Source: an uncultured Methanomicrobiaceae archaeon
GTDB lineage: Archaea; Halobacteriota; Methanomicrobia; Methanomicrobiales; Methanoculleaceae
Reading direction: 5' to 3'
NCBI GenBank assembly: GCA_963826525.1
Contig: CAWGXH010000004.1
Coordinates: 448,001 to 512,000, forward strand
DNA length: 64,000 nt
Below are positions 38,136-48,292 of the stretch, piece by piece. Each line of letters begins with the position of its first letter. Within the stretch, counting starts at the first letter, position 1. The notes under the pieces are model-generated. The model did not search any database. It worked only from the letters and a program-made list of their open reading frames with translations, and was not told the DNA's origin. Both the position numbers and the translations under genes were made by a program.

Positions 38136-38357
38136 CTACCCCCGCTGAAAATGCATCTGCTGCCGGGGTGGTACCTGATTCGAACCACGCACTACCGGTG
38201 AGCCGATACAGCTGCTGATAGCAAGCCCCTCCTCTCCTATGAAAACATCACCTCCGGGCGCGATGGTAGTTACGCCGACGTTAACCGCAGCAACTGGAAC
38301 TATGAGCACTGCTATGGCGGTACACACAATCACCCCAGGACTGAATCGCCTGATCAT
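38136..38357 (-). pseudogene. N-terminal remnant of a DUF3821/S-layer-like secreted protein
   Basis: Signal peptide followed by TIAPGGDVFIGEEGL.IS, then loss of coding character. Confidence 0.55.
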
Positions 38358-38527
38358 TCCCCTGATCCCCTGCAAAGGTTCCAGGAGTAAACAGCTTATC
38401 CCGGGGTATACAGTCGCGATGGCTTTGATACCCCTGTTTCGCGGAGGTTGGGGGCAAGACCGGTTCACCAGAAGCCGTGAGATTGCGTGTAAAAGATACC
38501 TCCAAAAAATTTCCGGTCGGTTGAGCG

Positions 38528-39872
38528 TCAGGAGTCCGTGGGACTGGATGCTGAACTATTCAGGGCCCTGACGGTCTTTTCATAGGCTTCCTGGATCCGT
38601 TGGCGGTCATAGTCAGCCGGAACACCATTCGGAATTTCATCTTTTACCAGCGAAGCATGATGGAGAAGCACCAGCCGCTGATCGTCTGTCCTGATATGAG
38701 ATGCTACATTTGAAATGGTATTGAGCATCGCAATGAACAGATCTGCATTCCCCCGACCGTACTGCCGGATAAGATTGAAAGAGTTGTCGGCAAGATCTTT
38801 GAAGGAGTCAGTCCGGACAACGATCCGGAGACGTCCTTCATCATCGACCCGATCACCAACCAGATCTCCCTCCTCGGCAATCAGTCCCAGGGCCGCCCCG
38901 AGTCGGTTCAACACCATGACCGGGGTTATCGGGTCATTCACTGCGGGAGAGAGCGCTCGTGAAGCAATATTGACGAGCAGGGCAATCCCAAACTTCGGAT
39001 CCTGGCGCAGGGTCCGGTAATTCCCGATGTAAAAGGATCGCCGGAGGAGTTTCGTGGTATGGTCATCAAGTCTGCCCGGACTGGCCCTGAGGAGCGGGTC
39101 TCCGGCATTCACGAAATTACCGGCACTGCAACAGACGTATAAGACCTGATTTTTGTTCTTTGCAGCATCCATCAGAGTTTCATAGTCTACTACCCTGATG
39201 TAGCCTGTTTTCCGCGAAGGAATAACCTGTCCTTCAGACGGCTCCTTTTCAGAGGGCAGGATTGGCTCCTTTTTCCCGGAACCGCCGGAAGATCCCGGAA
39301 GGATATTGCTCCTGATCGATTTGTCAAGATATCTGCCAAGAAAAGCGTTGATATTTGCTGACTGAAGAAGGGAGGCGACATGCTGGAAAAAGTAGACGAG
39401 CAGGGCCAGGTCGAGGATAAAGAGCGCAAATCCGAACGTTACCGAGAGGACAGGAAGGACATTTTGGAATGAGCCGTTTGAGAGGATTATGATGATGGCG
39501 AGATCGTACATGATCGATGCGCTATAGGCGCCAAGTTACTATCTGGGTGCTGATGTCACGGAGAAATACGCGGAGGATCACCGATCCAAACTGTGAAGTG
39601 GACATGGTAAGAGGTACCAGCGTAATGGAAAAGACCACGCCGATAACCCCGAGCTGGGCGGTAGCAAGGGTGACGAGCGTGGAATGTACATTGGTGGGAT
39701 TGATGTGAAGGACAAAATAGATCTCCTGAATCAGGGTCGCGGGAATCGTCTGATCAAGGTGACTTACACCGACGGCCAGAACGATGGCGATGATGCTCAT
39801 CACGAGAGGTACAAACCAGTACGTCGACCTGATCAGATCATACGTATCAAGCAGCCAGATTTTTGATACCAT
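38528..39872 (-). CDS. DUF2254 membrane protein (frameshift ~39520)
   Basis: S.YWFVP, FSITLV.L...SQFG, GYI..VD, QD..FG and RALSPAVNDP.T. Confidence 0.85.
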
Positions 39873-40078
39873 CAGAATCTCCTCCTTCAGGTACGTTCGT
39901 GTACCCGGATCTGGGTGGCTATCAGGCTGGAAGTATATTAATTCCAACACCTCCGGTAGACGCAAGTGACCGGAAGGTACCCCGGATATACCTTGAGAGA
40001 TAAGAATCATGGAAAAAAGGACAGATTACCTGAAATTATCCCTACCCATCCCAAATTTTTTATTTTTGTTCTGTAGTG

Positions 40079-40948
40079 TCAGCCCGGGAATTCCACGGCG
40101 GCAGTAACGAACTGAATCCAGTTGTCCCGATCTACGAATCCGTAGTGTCCCACACCCTCCCAAGGGTGGGATGTGCACTGTTTGAGCTCTTCGCACAAGT
40201 GCAGTGGCATTTTGGGCGAGATGATGTCGTCGGCAGTCCCGTAAAAGAGCTCAACGGGCTGGATGATGTCATGGGGTGAGAATCCCCAATCCCAAAGGGC
40301 CATCGTCTCCTCGTAGGCGCCTTCTTCCTCCTGGATGAAGCCGAGGCGGAAATTTTCTTCGAAGAGTGCTTGCTGCTCTGGATTGCGCATCATTGTTTTC
40401 GCTTCATTCGGCAATTCGTCGACCATAGACTCCACATAGGACGGGATGTCTTTCGTGACCTTCTTCGCCTCGGAGCGCTCCGCCCATCGGATAAGGCGAT
40501 GCAGGTGCCGCAGCCTCGCGATCGTCTTCAGGTCTTTCATCACGAGCATCTTGGTGACGCCGGGTTCATCGAAGGGAGACACCGGAGATGCCAACGTGAC
40601 CTTGCTAACGCGATCGGGCATATGGAAAGCAATCGCGAGTGCGTGTGGTCCGCCGCCGGAATGACCCGCAACGTTAAACCGTTGCAAACCGAGATAGTCC
40701 GCGAGTTCTTCCATATCGGATCCCCAATCCACCATTTTACGCCCCTTCTTTGGGCTTGATCCACCAACGCCCGGCTGGTCGGCAGCGATCCAACGTGCGC
40801 CAAGCGACGCGGTCAATGTATCATCCGGATTTCGGAGTACGTGAGAATCGGTAAATCCGTGGCTAAAGATCACCGGGGTCCCATCCGGGTCGCCATACAT
40901 ATCGAATGCAAGCGTTCTGCCATCCATAAGTGTCATTGTCTCGGTCAT
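40079..40948 (-). CDS. Alpha/beta hydrolase
   Basis: HG oxyanion motif, GHSGGG nucleophile elbow, G.ADD and GH. Confidence 0.9.
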   Translation of the reverse strand: MTETMTLMDGRTLAFDMYGDPDGTPVIFSHGFTDSHVLRNPDDTLTASLGARWIAADQPGVGGSSPKKGRKMVDWGSDMEELADYLGLQRFNVAGHSGGGPHALAIAFHMPDRVSKVTLASPVSPFDEPGVTKMLVMKDLKTIARLRHLHRLIRWAERSEAKKVTKDIPSYVESMVDELPNEAKTMMRNPEQQALFEENFRLGFIQEEEGAYEETMALWDWGFSPHDIIQPVELFYGTADDIISPKMPLHLCEELKQCTSHPWEGVGHYGFVDRDNWIQFVTAAVEFPG

Positions 40949-41375
40949 AAGTTTCCCCCCGTTTTGGAGATGTAACGGTACCGGTATATATATGGCGGTG
41001 ACGGAGGTCCGGCCCCTTTGACCTGGCTCTCACGAACCGATCATCAGTATCGGGTCCTCCGAGGGCAGTACAGGTATGGCCGGCCAGGCGATCTGAACGG
41101 TGATCTGTCGGCCTCGTCGACGGCGCCTACAGACCGGCCATCTCCCTGGCGAACGTCCGGGCGGCATCGATCTCGGCGGGATTCGGGCGGTCGCAACTGA
41201 AGAGCAGGGCGGCCTGCCTGCCTCACCCTGGCAATATTTTTATGATTCTCTGGAAACCATGCCCCGGTGAACTCCGCGATGAACACCAGGGATCTTGAGA
41301 AAGTGGTCTGCTCACTCTCGTCCGCCTGATTCTAAAGAAAGAGGTGATGAGGGGACGGTATCCCCAAGAATTGTA

Positions 41376-41779
41376 TCAGGCCGGAGGGGCGGGGACGACG
41401 AGGTACGTGGCGTACCCGTCGCCGATGTTCCTCGTCACGTGACCCCTGCCCGAGGTGTCTTCCAGCAGGACGAGGTCGCCGGGCACGAACCGCCTGATCT
41501 CCCGTCCGTCGTCTCCATCTCCACCTCGCCCGAGAGGAGGGCGAGGAACTGCCGGGCGGGAGCCGGGTGCAGTTCGCCGACCCAGCCGGGCTCGAAGGTG
41601 TAGAAGCGGTACTTCGACGCGGGCTTATCCTCGGAGACATAGAACGGGGCAGCGGGCGGCGCTGCCTGCACGAGACGCTGCTCGACCGTCACGCTGTCGA
41701 AGTGCGAGTCGCCCTGCGCGTCCGTGGAGATCCGGTGATACGTCACCTGGCCCGGATTGAAGGAGAATATTTTCGTCAT
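41376..41779 (-). CDS. Cupin-like protein (frameshift)
   Basis: GDSHF, HPAPARQF...LSG.VE..TTDG and LLEDT.G.GH.T. Confidence 0.8.
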
Positions 41780-42149
41780 GGTTTCCCCCGGTGCGATCTG
41801 CGGGTCGGGATCTGCTTCCCGACAGGATTACAGACTGACCGGGGAGGGATAAATGTTACGGGATCGCCGATCATATCGGGGCCGGGTTTTCCGTGGTGAT
41901 GGGGGAGGTGCGATACTTGCGAGATCCGTCCACCGTACCGTCTCACCGGCAGGTCGTGGAAGAGGCCGTGGCCGGAGTGCCGGCCTGAACATAGGCAATC
42001 AGACCCTGAAGAAGGATGCAGAAGGAAGGAGGTCGTTCACCACGAACGGGCATGACGGGGAGCGATTTAAGAAATGGAACGTATGACTCCTTTTCGGTCT
42101 GCGATGGCGTAAAATAAGATATGGATGTATGGGCTCGTTCTTAACATCT

Positions 42150-42452
42150 TCACTTGAGAAGCGTGTCGACTGCTGCAGTGAGGGGAATAACCGGAGAAAC
42201 TCGTCCGGTATGATGCGTGAGCAGTTTGCCGGATAAGAATGCGGAGATATTTTTGAAATCGTCGGATTCGAGAACAAAGTAGAATGTATGTTCATTCGGA
42301 CAGGAATATGCTCCGTGAACCTTTACACCGAGTTTCTTTGCCAGATCATCCATACCATCGACCAGTTGCATTGTATCGGTTTTAAATTCCTCCCTCGCAA
42401 GACAGAGTTCGGGTGGATGAACAAGGGTTACCACAAACATCATGGTTCTCAC
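42150..42452 (-). CDS. Small ferredoxin-like-fold protein (DUF3303/GYD-like)
   Basis: H.PE.C, EH.FYFVLESDD and V.PV. Confidence 0.6.
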   Translation of the reverse strand: MRTMMFVVTLVHPPELCLAREEFKTDTMQLVDGMDDLAKKLGVKVHGAYSCPNEHTFYFVLESDDFKNISAFLSGKLLTHHTGRVSPVIPLTAAVDTLLK

Positions 42453-42634
42453 CGTCAGACCAGAGAACGCATTTATGATATAAAACTACCGTGAGCAGAA
42501 AGAATGCCACCCGACACCGGTTCCGAGCTGTGAGCGTGACCCGGTAAAACCGAGCGGTTGCACATTTTTGTCAAACAACCTTCATCTCCCCCGAAATCCC
42601 ACAGAGCTAGCAACGGAGGGGATCCGGGAGCAGT

Positions 42635-43135
42635 ATGCATCACCATAACAACATCATTCTCATCGGCATGCCCGGTGCAGGGAAGAGCACCGTGGGCGTC
42701 ATCCTTGCAAAAACTCTCGGCATGCAGTTCATCGATACGGATCTCCTGATACAGGAACGGGCCGGGAGGATGCTCCAGGAGATCCTTAACGGGGACGGGC
42801 CCGATGTGTTCAGGCGGATCGAGGAAGCGACGATCCTCTCCCTGCATCCCCGCCATGCCGTGATCGCGACGGGCGGCAGCGTGGTCTGCAGCGGGGCTGC
42901 GATGGCACACCTGACGTCGGGGGGAGTGGTCGTATACCTGGAGATCTCGTATGGGGAGATGGTAAAGAGGCTCAGGAACATCACGACCAGGGGGATAGTC
43001 CTCCTTCCGGGCCAGAGCCTCCGCGAGATGTACGACGAGCGGGTCAGGCTGTACGAGCAGTATGCCGATCTCATCCTCGCGTGTTCGGATGAGGATCTTG
43101 AGGCCGTGGTCCGGAACGTGATCGAAGCGTTGTGA
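42635..43135 (+). CDS. aroK: Shikimate kinase, bacterial (NMP kinase) type
   Basis: GMPGAGKSTVG, DTD, FR..E and VIATGGS. Confidence 0.9.
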   Translation: MHHHNNIILIGMPGAGKSTVGVILAKTLGMQFIDTDLLIQERAGRMLQEILNGDGPDVFRRIEEATILSLHPRHAVIATGGSVVCSGAAMAHLTSGGVVVYLEISYGEMVKRLRNITTRGIVLLPGQSLREMYDERVRLYEQYADLILACSDEDLEAVVRNVIEAL

Positions 43136-43243
43136 AGGAGTCCGGATGGTGTCCGGGTTCCGGCCATCCGGAGAGGGGGACGCTGCTACACTCTCGCTAC
43201 AGTACCATAAGGGATATTTAGAGAGCTATCGCACCTACCAACG

Positions 43244-43798
43244 ATGCATATCGAGTATCCCGCTATCGGAGTCTGCGGGCTCTCCTGTTTGCTCTGCCCC
43301 ATGTACAATACCGAAGCGGAGAGCAGATGTTCGGGATGCAAGAGCGCAACCAGAATGGCTGTCGGTTGCCCGTTTATTACCTGTGCCGTGAAGAGGAAGG
43401 GAATCGAGTTTTGCTGGGAGTGCGAAGAGAGCGATACGTGTGAAAAATGGAAGAAACACAGAGAAGCCGGTAAAAAACACGATTCTTTTAAGTGCTATCA
43501 GACGCTCGAGGAGGATCTCTCGTTTATATATCAACACGGCATAGCCGAATTTCAAAAGATACAGGGACAGCGGGAGTTTTTACTCAGGGAGATGTTGCAA
43601 AACTTCAACGAAGGCCGTTCAAAAAGCTATTACTGTATTGCTGCAACTGTTCTGGAACGCGAAGAACTTGAGGAAGCACTGTCCCGGGCAAGAAGAGAAT
43701 CCGGGGGGCTTGACGTCAAGGCAAAGTCAAAGGTTCTTCACCGGATTCTTGACGATATCGCTTCAAGGAAAGACTATCGCTTAACATTGAGGAAATAA
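43244..43798 (+). CDS. DUF3795-like Cys-rich protein
   Basis: CGLSC.LCP, CSGC, CPFITC, FCWEC and FNEGRSKSYYC. Confidence 0.82.
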   Translation: MHIEYPAIGVCGLSCLLCPMYNTEAESRCSGCKSATRMAVGCPFITCAVKRKGIEFCWECEESDTCEKWKKHREAGKKHDSFKCYQTLEEDLSFIYQHGIAEFQKIQGQREFLLREMLQNFNEGRSKSYYCIAATVLEREELEEALSRARRESGGLDVKAKSKVLHRILDDIASRKDYRLTLRK

Positions 43799-43986
43799 GC
43801 ACGGTAGCGCTTTCCCGCTCCATACCACAGTACTAATCAGTCCCCGTCGGCGTCTCGAGTTCGACAAGAACGACCCGCACTCCCGGTTCGGGAGTCGGAA
43901 TTCCATCCCGGAGAATGATCCGGACGATCCTCCGGCCGGTCTTCGCGGCGCCTCCGATCCTCCCCGATCCCCCGCAGGCCCGGGGT

Positions 43987-44424
43987 CTAGCCGGTACGGG
44001 GAAGGATCTCCTCGATCATGATCGCGTAGGTGATCGTCTCTCCTGCAAGGGGGTGATTTCCGTCGACGGTGACGCTTTTGTCGTCTACGTCGAGCACGGT
44101 TACCCGGCAGGGTTTTCCCAGCACCTCGACGGTGATGAACTCTCCGGGAACCGGTTCGTGGTCGAGTTTGAGCTTTTTGCGTTTTATCGTGACCACGAGT
44201 TTCCGCCGGAACTTCCCGTAGGCCTTCTCCGGGGGCAGCACCACGGTCACCGTCTCGCCCGGCTCTCTGCCGATCAGCGCCTCCTCAAAGAGGGGATTGA
44301 TCTGCTTCGCTCCGAGGGTTACCCGGACCGGCTCGCCCGGCCGGGTATCCTCGAAGATCTCGCCGTCGGGGCGGGTGCTGGTGAAGTGCAGGAGCAGGGT
44401 ATCGCCGTCTGTCACGGGTGCCAT
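43987..44424 (-). CDS. FKBP-type peptidyl-prolyl isomerase (SlyD-like)
   Basis: DGEIFEDT, PPEKAYG and VDGNHPLAG.T. Confidence 0.92.
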   Translation of the reverse strand: MAPVTDGDTLLLHFTSTRPDGEIFEDTRPGEPVRVTLGAKQINPLFEEALIGREPGETVTVVLPPEKAYGKFRRKLVVTIKRKKLKLDHEPVPGEFITVEVLGKPCRVTVLDVDDKSVTVDGNHPLAGETITYAIMIEEILPRTG

Positions 44425-44678
44425 AGCTACCGGATCGGTTTGTCGGGGCGGTGCTTTAATTCACCGGGAGTACGGAGCGTCTTCGGGATCCCTCCTGAAA
44501 GGTTTGCACCGTTTCCACGGCGGCGGAGGGCTTGTTACACCACGCCTCTGGCAAGGTTATCGGGGGCTTGACCGGCTCTGCCCCCGGGGCAGTGACGGAG
44601 TCGACCGGCTGCTCGGGCAGGAGTACGAAAATTACTATTTCTGAGCAAATACCCGCAGAATGTGGGATACGCAAATTA

Positions 44679-45513
44679 TCAATCTGTTCTGCGGGCATAC
44701 CTGAATCGCGCCAACGTCTTTGGCCCCCATAAGAACACCACGATCACAGCCGTGATGGCAATGAGCCCATAGCCGATAGCCCCGTCGTACAGTTCGAAAG
44801 CTGAACGACTACCGGGAAATATGCTCCTTCCAGTATTGGTCACGGCATGAAAGAGTATAGCTGCAAAGACGCTTTTTCCAGTGTTGTTATAGAGCCAGAC
44901 GGTCAGAATCCGGAAACTAACGGCCAGTATAACTCCTCCCCATATAAACAATCCTAGGGTCTGACCGATTGAAATCTCCGACGGGAAATGCCACACCGCA
45001 TGGATCAACCCAATGATGAGGCTGGCTGCCAGTGCGGTGTACCGGGCTTGCATAGGATCGGTGGCATATCCCGTATAGCCGAGCTCTTCACCTGCAGCGG
45101 CAAAAAAGTACCGCAATAAAGAGGAGCGGTGTAAAAAGGGACGGGGTCCAAACGGTTGGGACTGGTAGCCCGACGAGACGCATTATCACGTAGGTCAGCA
45201 CGTAGATAAACGGCATCAGGAGAATGATGGGAACATACCAGGCTTTCTTCGTGATCCTCTTATAATCGAAGGTTCTTTTCAACAGGTTTTTTACCCCTGA
45301 AAGGTTCTCTTCCCGGTACACAAGGATGGATGCCGCTATCATTGGGGTAAAAGTGGCCACAATGTCTGTCACGGGAAGATTATCCCCCACGGGAAGCTTC
45401 AGCGGATACATGACATTAAGCACCCAAAGTGGAATAGAAAGAGCGTAAACCAATACAAAGAATAGATAGGGTGACCTTTTTGAGGTGCTGTTGTTCAGGG
45501 CCTGCACTCCCAT
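44679..45513 (-). CDS. CPBP/CAAX (Abi) intramembrane protease (frameshift ~45110)
   Basis: GEELGY.GY, WH.P, YNNTGKS.F..ILFH..N; lower GC than its neighbours. Confidence 0.85.
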
Positions 45514-45572
45514 TGAAGGGTCGGACTCGTTTTGATTGTATAAAAAAGTTCCTTCCTCCGTCATTCTATGCG

Positions 45573-46045
45573 AAAACGGCTCTTTTAACCGGAATCCGCA
45601 CCGACCGCGACATCGTTACCGGCTCAACAGCTTTGATGCGTACTCCGGACTCGGGACTGTCTTCACCCCTGTTTCCGGTAGGTTCTCTTCGTCGCCGGTC
45701 TCTCGAATGCCCGTGCAGTAGTAGCGGTGAGGTGGTCGGAGTCCCTGACGAATGTCGCCGAGACCTCTCGCTGGATCGCTCGCCATACCTGCCCGATGGG
45801 ACTTTCGATCCGGGGGTGCGGGGGAGGATGGGCGAGTCGGATGGTGTTGGTGGCGAGCTCCCAAATGAGGGTGCGACGTTCGAAGAGGTGCTCACGGGAG
45901 AATGGGAGCTTCCATGAAGTTCCGGAACACCTGTCTGCCCGGGTGCGAACCGGGTCGGCACGTTTACGTCGCTCTCCAGCTTGTCATCGCCCCGGTCGGT
46001 CGACCCGAAGATGCCGATCGTCGCGACGCCGAGCCCTCACGGATC
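45573..46045 (-). repeat. Repeat unit B copy 1 (decayed MNT nucleotidyltransferase plus conserved 64-bp core)
   Basis: 45573-45636 is identical to 47637-47700; the distal part translates to GVATIGIFGSTDRGD...SDV...FAPGQ..FRNFME. Confidence 0.85.
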
Positions 46046-46718
46046 AGCGTCAAGCCTGGCGATGAAAGTGATTGAGGCCTGGAAACACCCAGAGATGGTG
46101 AGGTAGCGATCTTCAAACTCCTTGCGTACTCATGATGCAGGTTCTCTCACGGGTATACTATGCTAAAGAAAGATTCTCTCCCGAAATACGAGATTTCGGG
46201 AGATATCGCCAATATCAATACAGACTCCCTAACCAAGCACATAAGAGAATCTTTTGTGATGTTCTTCCCCCTTTCTTTGGAGAGGGGCTCCAGGATTTTA
46301 AACCCTACACGTTAAGAAATCCATCAAACCTGAAACGAAATGGTATGCACGGTAACGTATCGGCTAAGACGATCCGCAAGCGGCATGTCAATCTGATGAG
46401 GAAGAGGGCTCGTAAAGATTCCGCTGTAGCGAATTTCCTCCATGGTAAGCGGAGTCAAAGGTAGGAGACGGTGTTTACCTGGAGCAGATCGGGTTTGCTA
46501 TCGGGAATATCCGAAAGCCCTCCCGTTTATCCCCTCTCTGGATGATCCCCCCTGAGTGGTCGAGGAAATTCGTTTGAAAATAACTGAACATTCCTTTTTT
46601 TGGATACAGTGATGGTGTTTTAAAAAAGAAGAGACGGGACTGTAAACGGGCGAGAGAAGAAAGAGAAGAGAAAGGGAGTGCGACCACCCCCACCCTCCGA
46701 TGGTTCGGCATCAGTTAA

Positions 46719-47467
46719 TTAAAGCCCATAAGGACCTTGCAGATCGGGTTTGAGTGTTGTGCCGTAGATGTAGTAGGAAATTGTGCGCCCCCCCCTGTTG
46801 TAATCATTATAGTATTCAAACACCGTACTCCCGGTTTGGTCCTTGCCTCCCACGACTATGGCGTGAATCTTTACCAATGCACGATCCGGCACGCCAAGAG
46901 CGTCGAGAGGCATGTACACGTAGTCACCATTCCATATCCCTGATGTATGACCGGACTCCTTCCATGTGACACCGTCGTCGGTGCTATAATAACACGCCAG
47001 TCAGTTACAAACCAGCCATAATTATGGAATTCAAAATAGGATACGAACGCCATCGGCGTCAGGCCGAGGAGTTGGTTAACCGTTACCGACCTCGTCGGCG
47101 AGGTGACCTTCTTGAAGATCTTATCCCCGTCGAACACCGCCTTGTAGTAGTAGGTTCCCGGAGTGTCCTGGCTCGTCGTCACGGTATACTGCCCGTCGTC
47201 GTCCGTATTTACAGAGCCTACCTCCGTCCACTTCTTTTCGTCCGTCGACGTGTATACGGTGATGAGCCTGTGGGGAACCGGTGTGCTGGACGTCCCATAG
47301 GTGAGGGTGCCGTTTATCTGAAACGCTTCTCCGACAACTGGCGGCGGCATCGTAGGCGACTCACAGCTGAGCGCCGTCTTTGCCGGCCCTTCGGCTGCCG
47401 CGGTGGTCGTGCCGGCGGCCGCCATGAGCAGCACGGCGAGCACCGTGATCAAAACAATTCGTTTCAT
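46719..47467 (-). CDS. Secreted Ig-like protein with C-terminal cytolysin domain 4-like module (frameshift ~47000)
   Basis: Signal peptide, Ig-like segment (TDDDGQY...GTYYYKAVFDGD), then FHNYGWFV...GVPD...IYGTTLKP. Confidence 0.65.
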
Positions 47468-47636
47468 GGTTCTCACATCCTTTACGGCGGCATGATGAAC
47501 GCCGCCGGGTTGTAAGCGACGTATAACCCAATTACTCATGATAAAGGTATTTGTGATGGCCGGGCTCGTTATCGCGCATTGTGTTGCGTGACCCCCTCCG
47601 CGACGGCATAAAAACCCGGTCTCCTTTTTCGATGCC

Positions 47637-47995
47637 AAAACGGCTCTTTTAACCGGAATCCGCACCGACCGCGACATCGTTACCGGCTCAACAGCTTTGA
47701 CGAGTACTCTGGAATCAGGAATGTCTTCACCCATGTTTCCGGTAGGTTCTCTTCGCCGCCGGCTTCTCGAACGCCCGTGCAGTAGTAGGATGCCTGATCG
47801 GTTTGTCGGGGCGGTGACGGAGTCAACACGGCGGCCAGAAAGCGGTCTTCGCGGGAGAACGCGAGTTCCATGAAGTTCTGGAACGTCGTCTGCCGGGTGC
47901 GAACCGGGCCGGGCAGACCCGTCTACGTCGTTCTCCGGCTGGTCGATCCGAAGACGGCAATCTTCGCGACGCCGAACCCTCATGATCAGTGGGAG
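47637..47995 (-). repeat. Repeat unit B copy 2
   Basis: Same 64-bp core; decayed MNT FGVAKIAVFGS...FQNFMELAF...GRRVDSVT. Confidence 0.85.
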
Positions 47996-48292
47996 CACTC
48001 AACGGCACTCAAAGCAGACAGGAAAAACCACCCAGAGGGAGGGGAAGTCGGTATCAGCGAGTTAGGGGGAAGTTGCGGGCCTCGACCAAATACCTAATCC
48101 TCAGCCCCTACTCCCAGAAAAAACAGCATGAACCGAAGGGAACCGTCACAGAAATAGATGCGGAACTTTCCCTCAAGTTGCTTTACGTATTTCGAGTCCT
48201 GAATGATAATGTTCCATTGGGTCTCGGGGACTTCCAGTAGTGTAGTATTTCTTCGGCTTCATGGGAGAGCGATCTAAAAAATTCATGAGTTT

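Noticed and set aside
45585-45628. Minus-strand GAGCCGG...CCGGTT in the repeat B core resembles group II intron domain V
   Set aside because: The spacing is too long, and there is no GNRA loop or AC bulge geometry, no domain VI/AY end and no reverse transcriptase.
45573-47700. Repeat B cores as integron attC sites
   Set aside because: There is no proper RYYYAAC...GTTRRRY pair with L boxes, and no integron integrase in the window.
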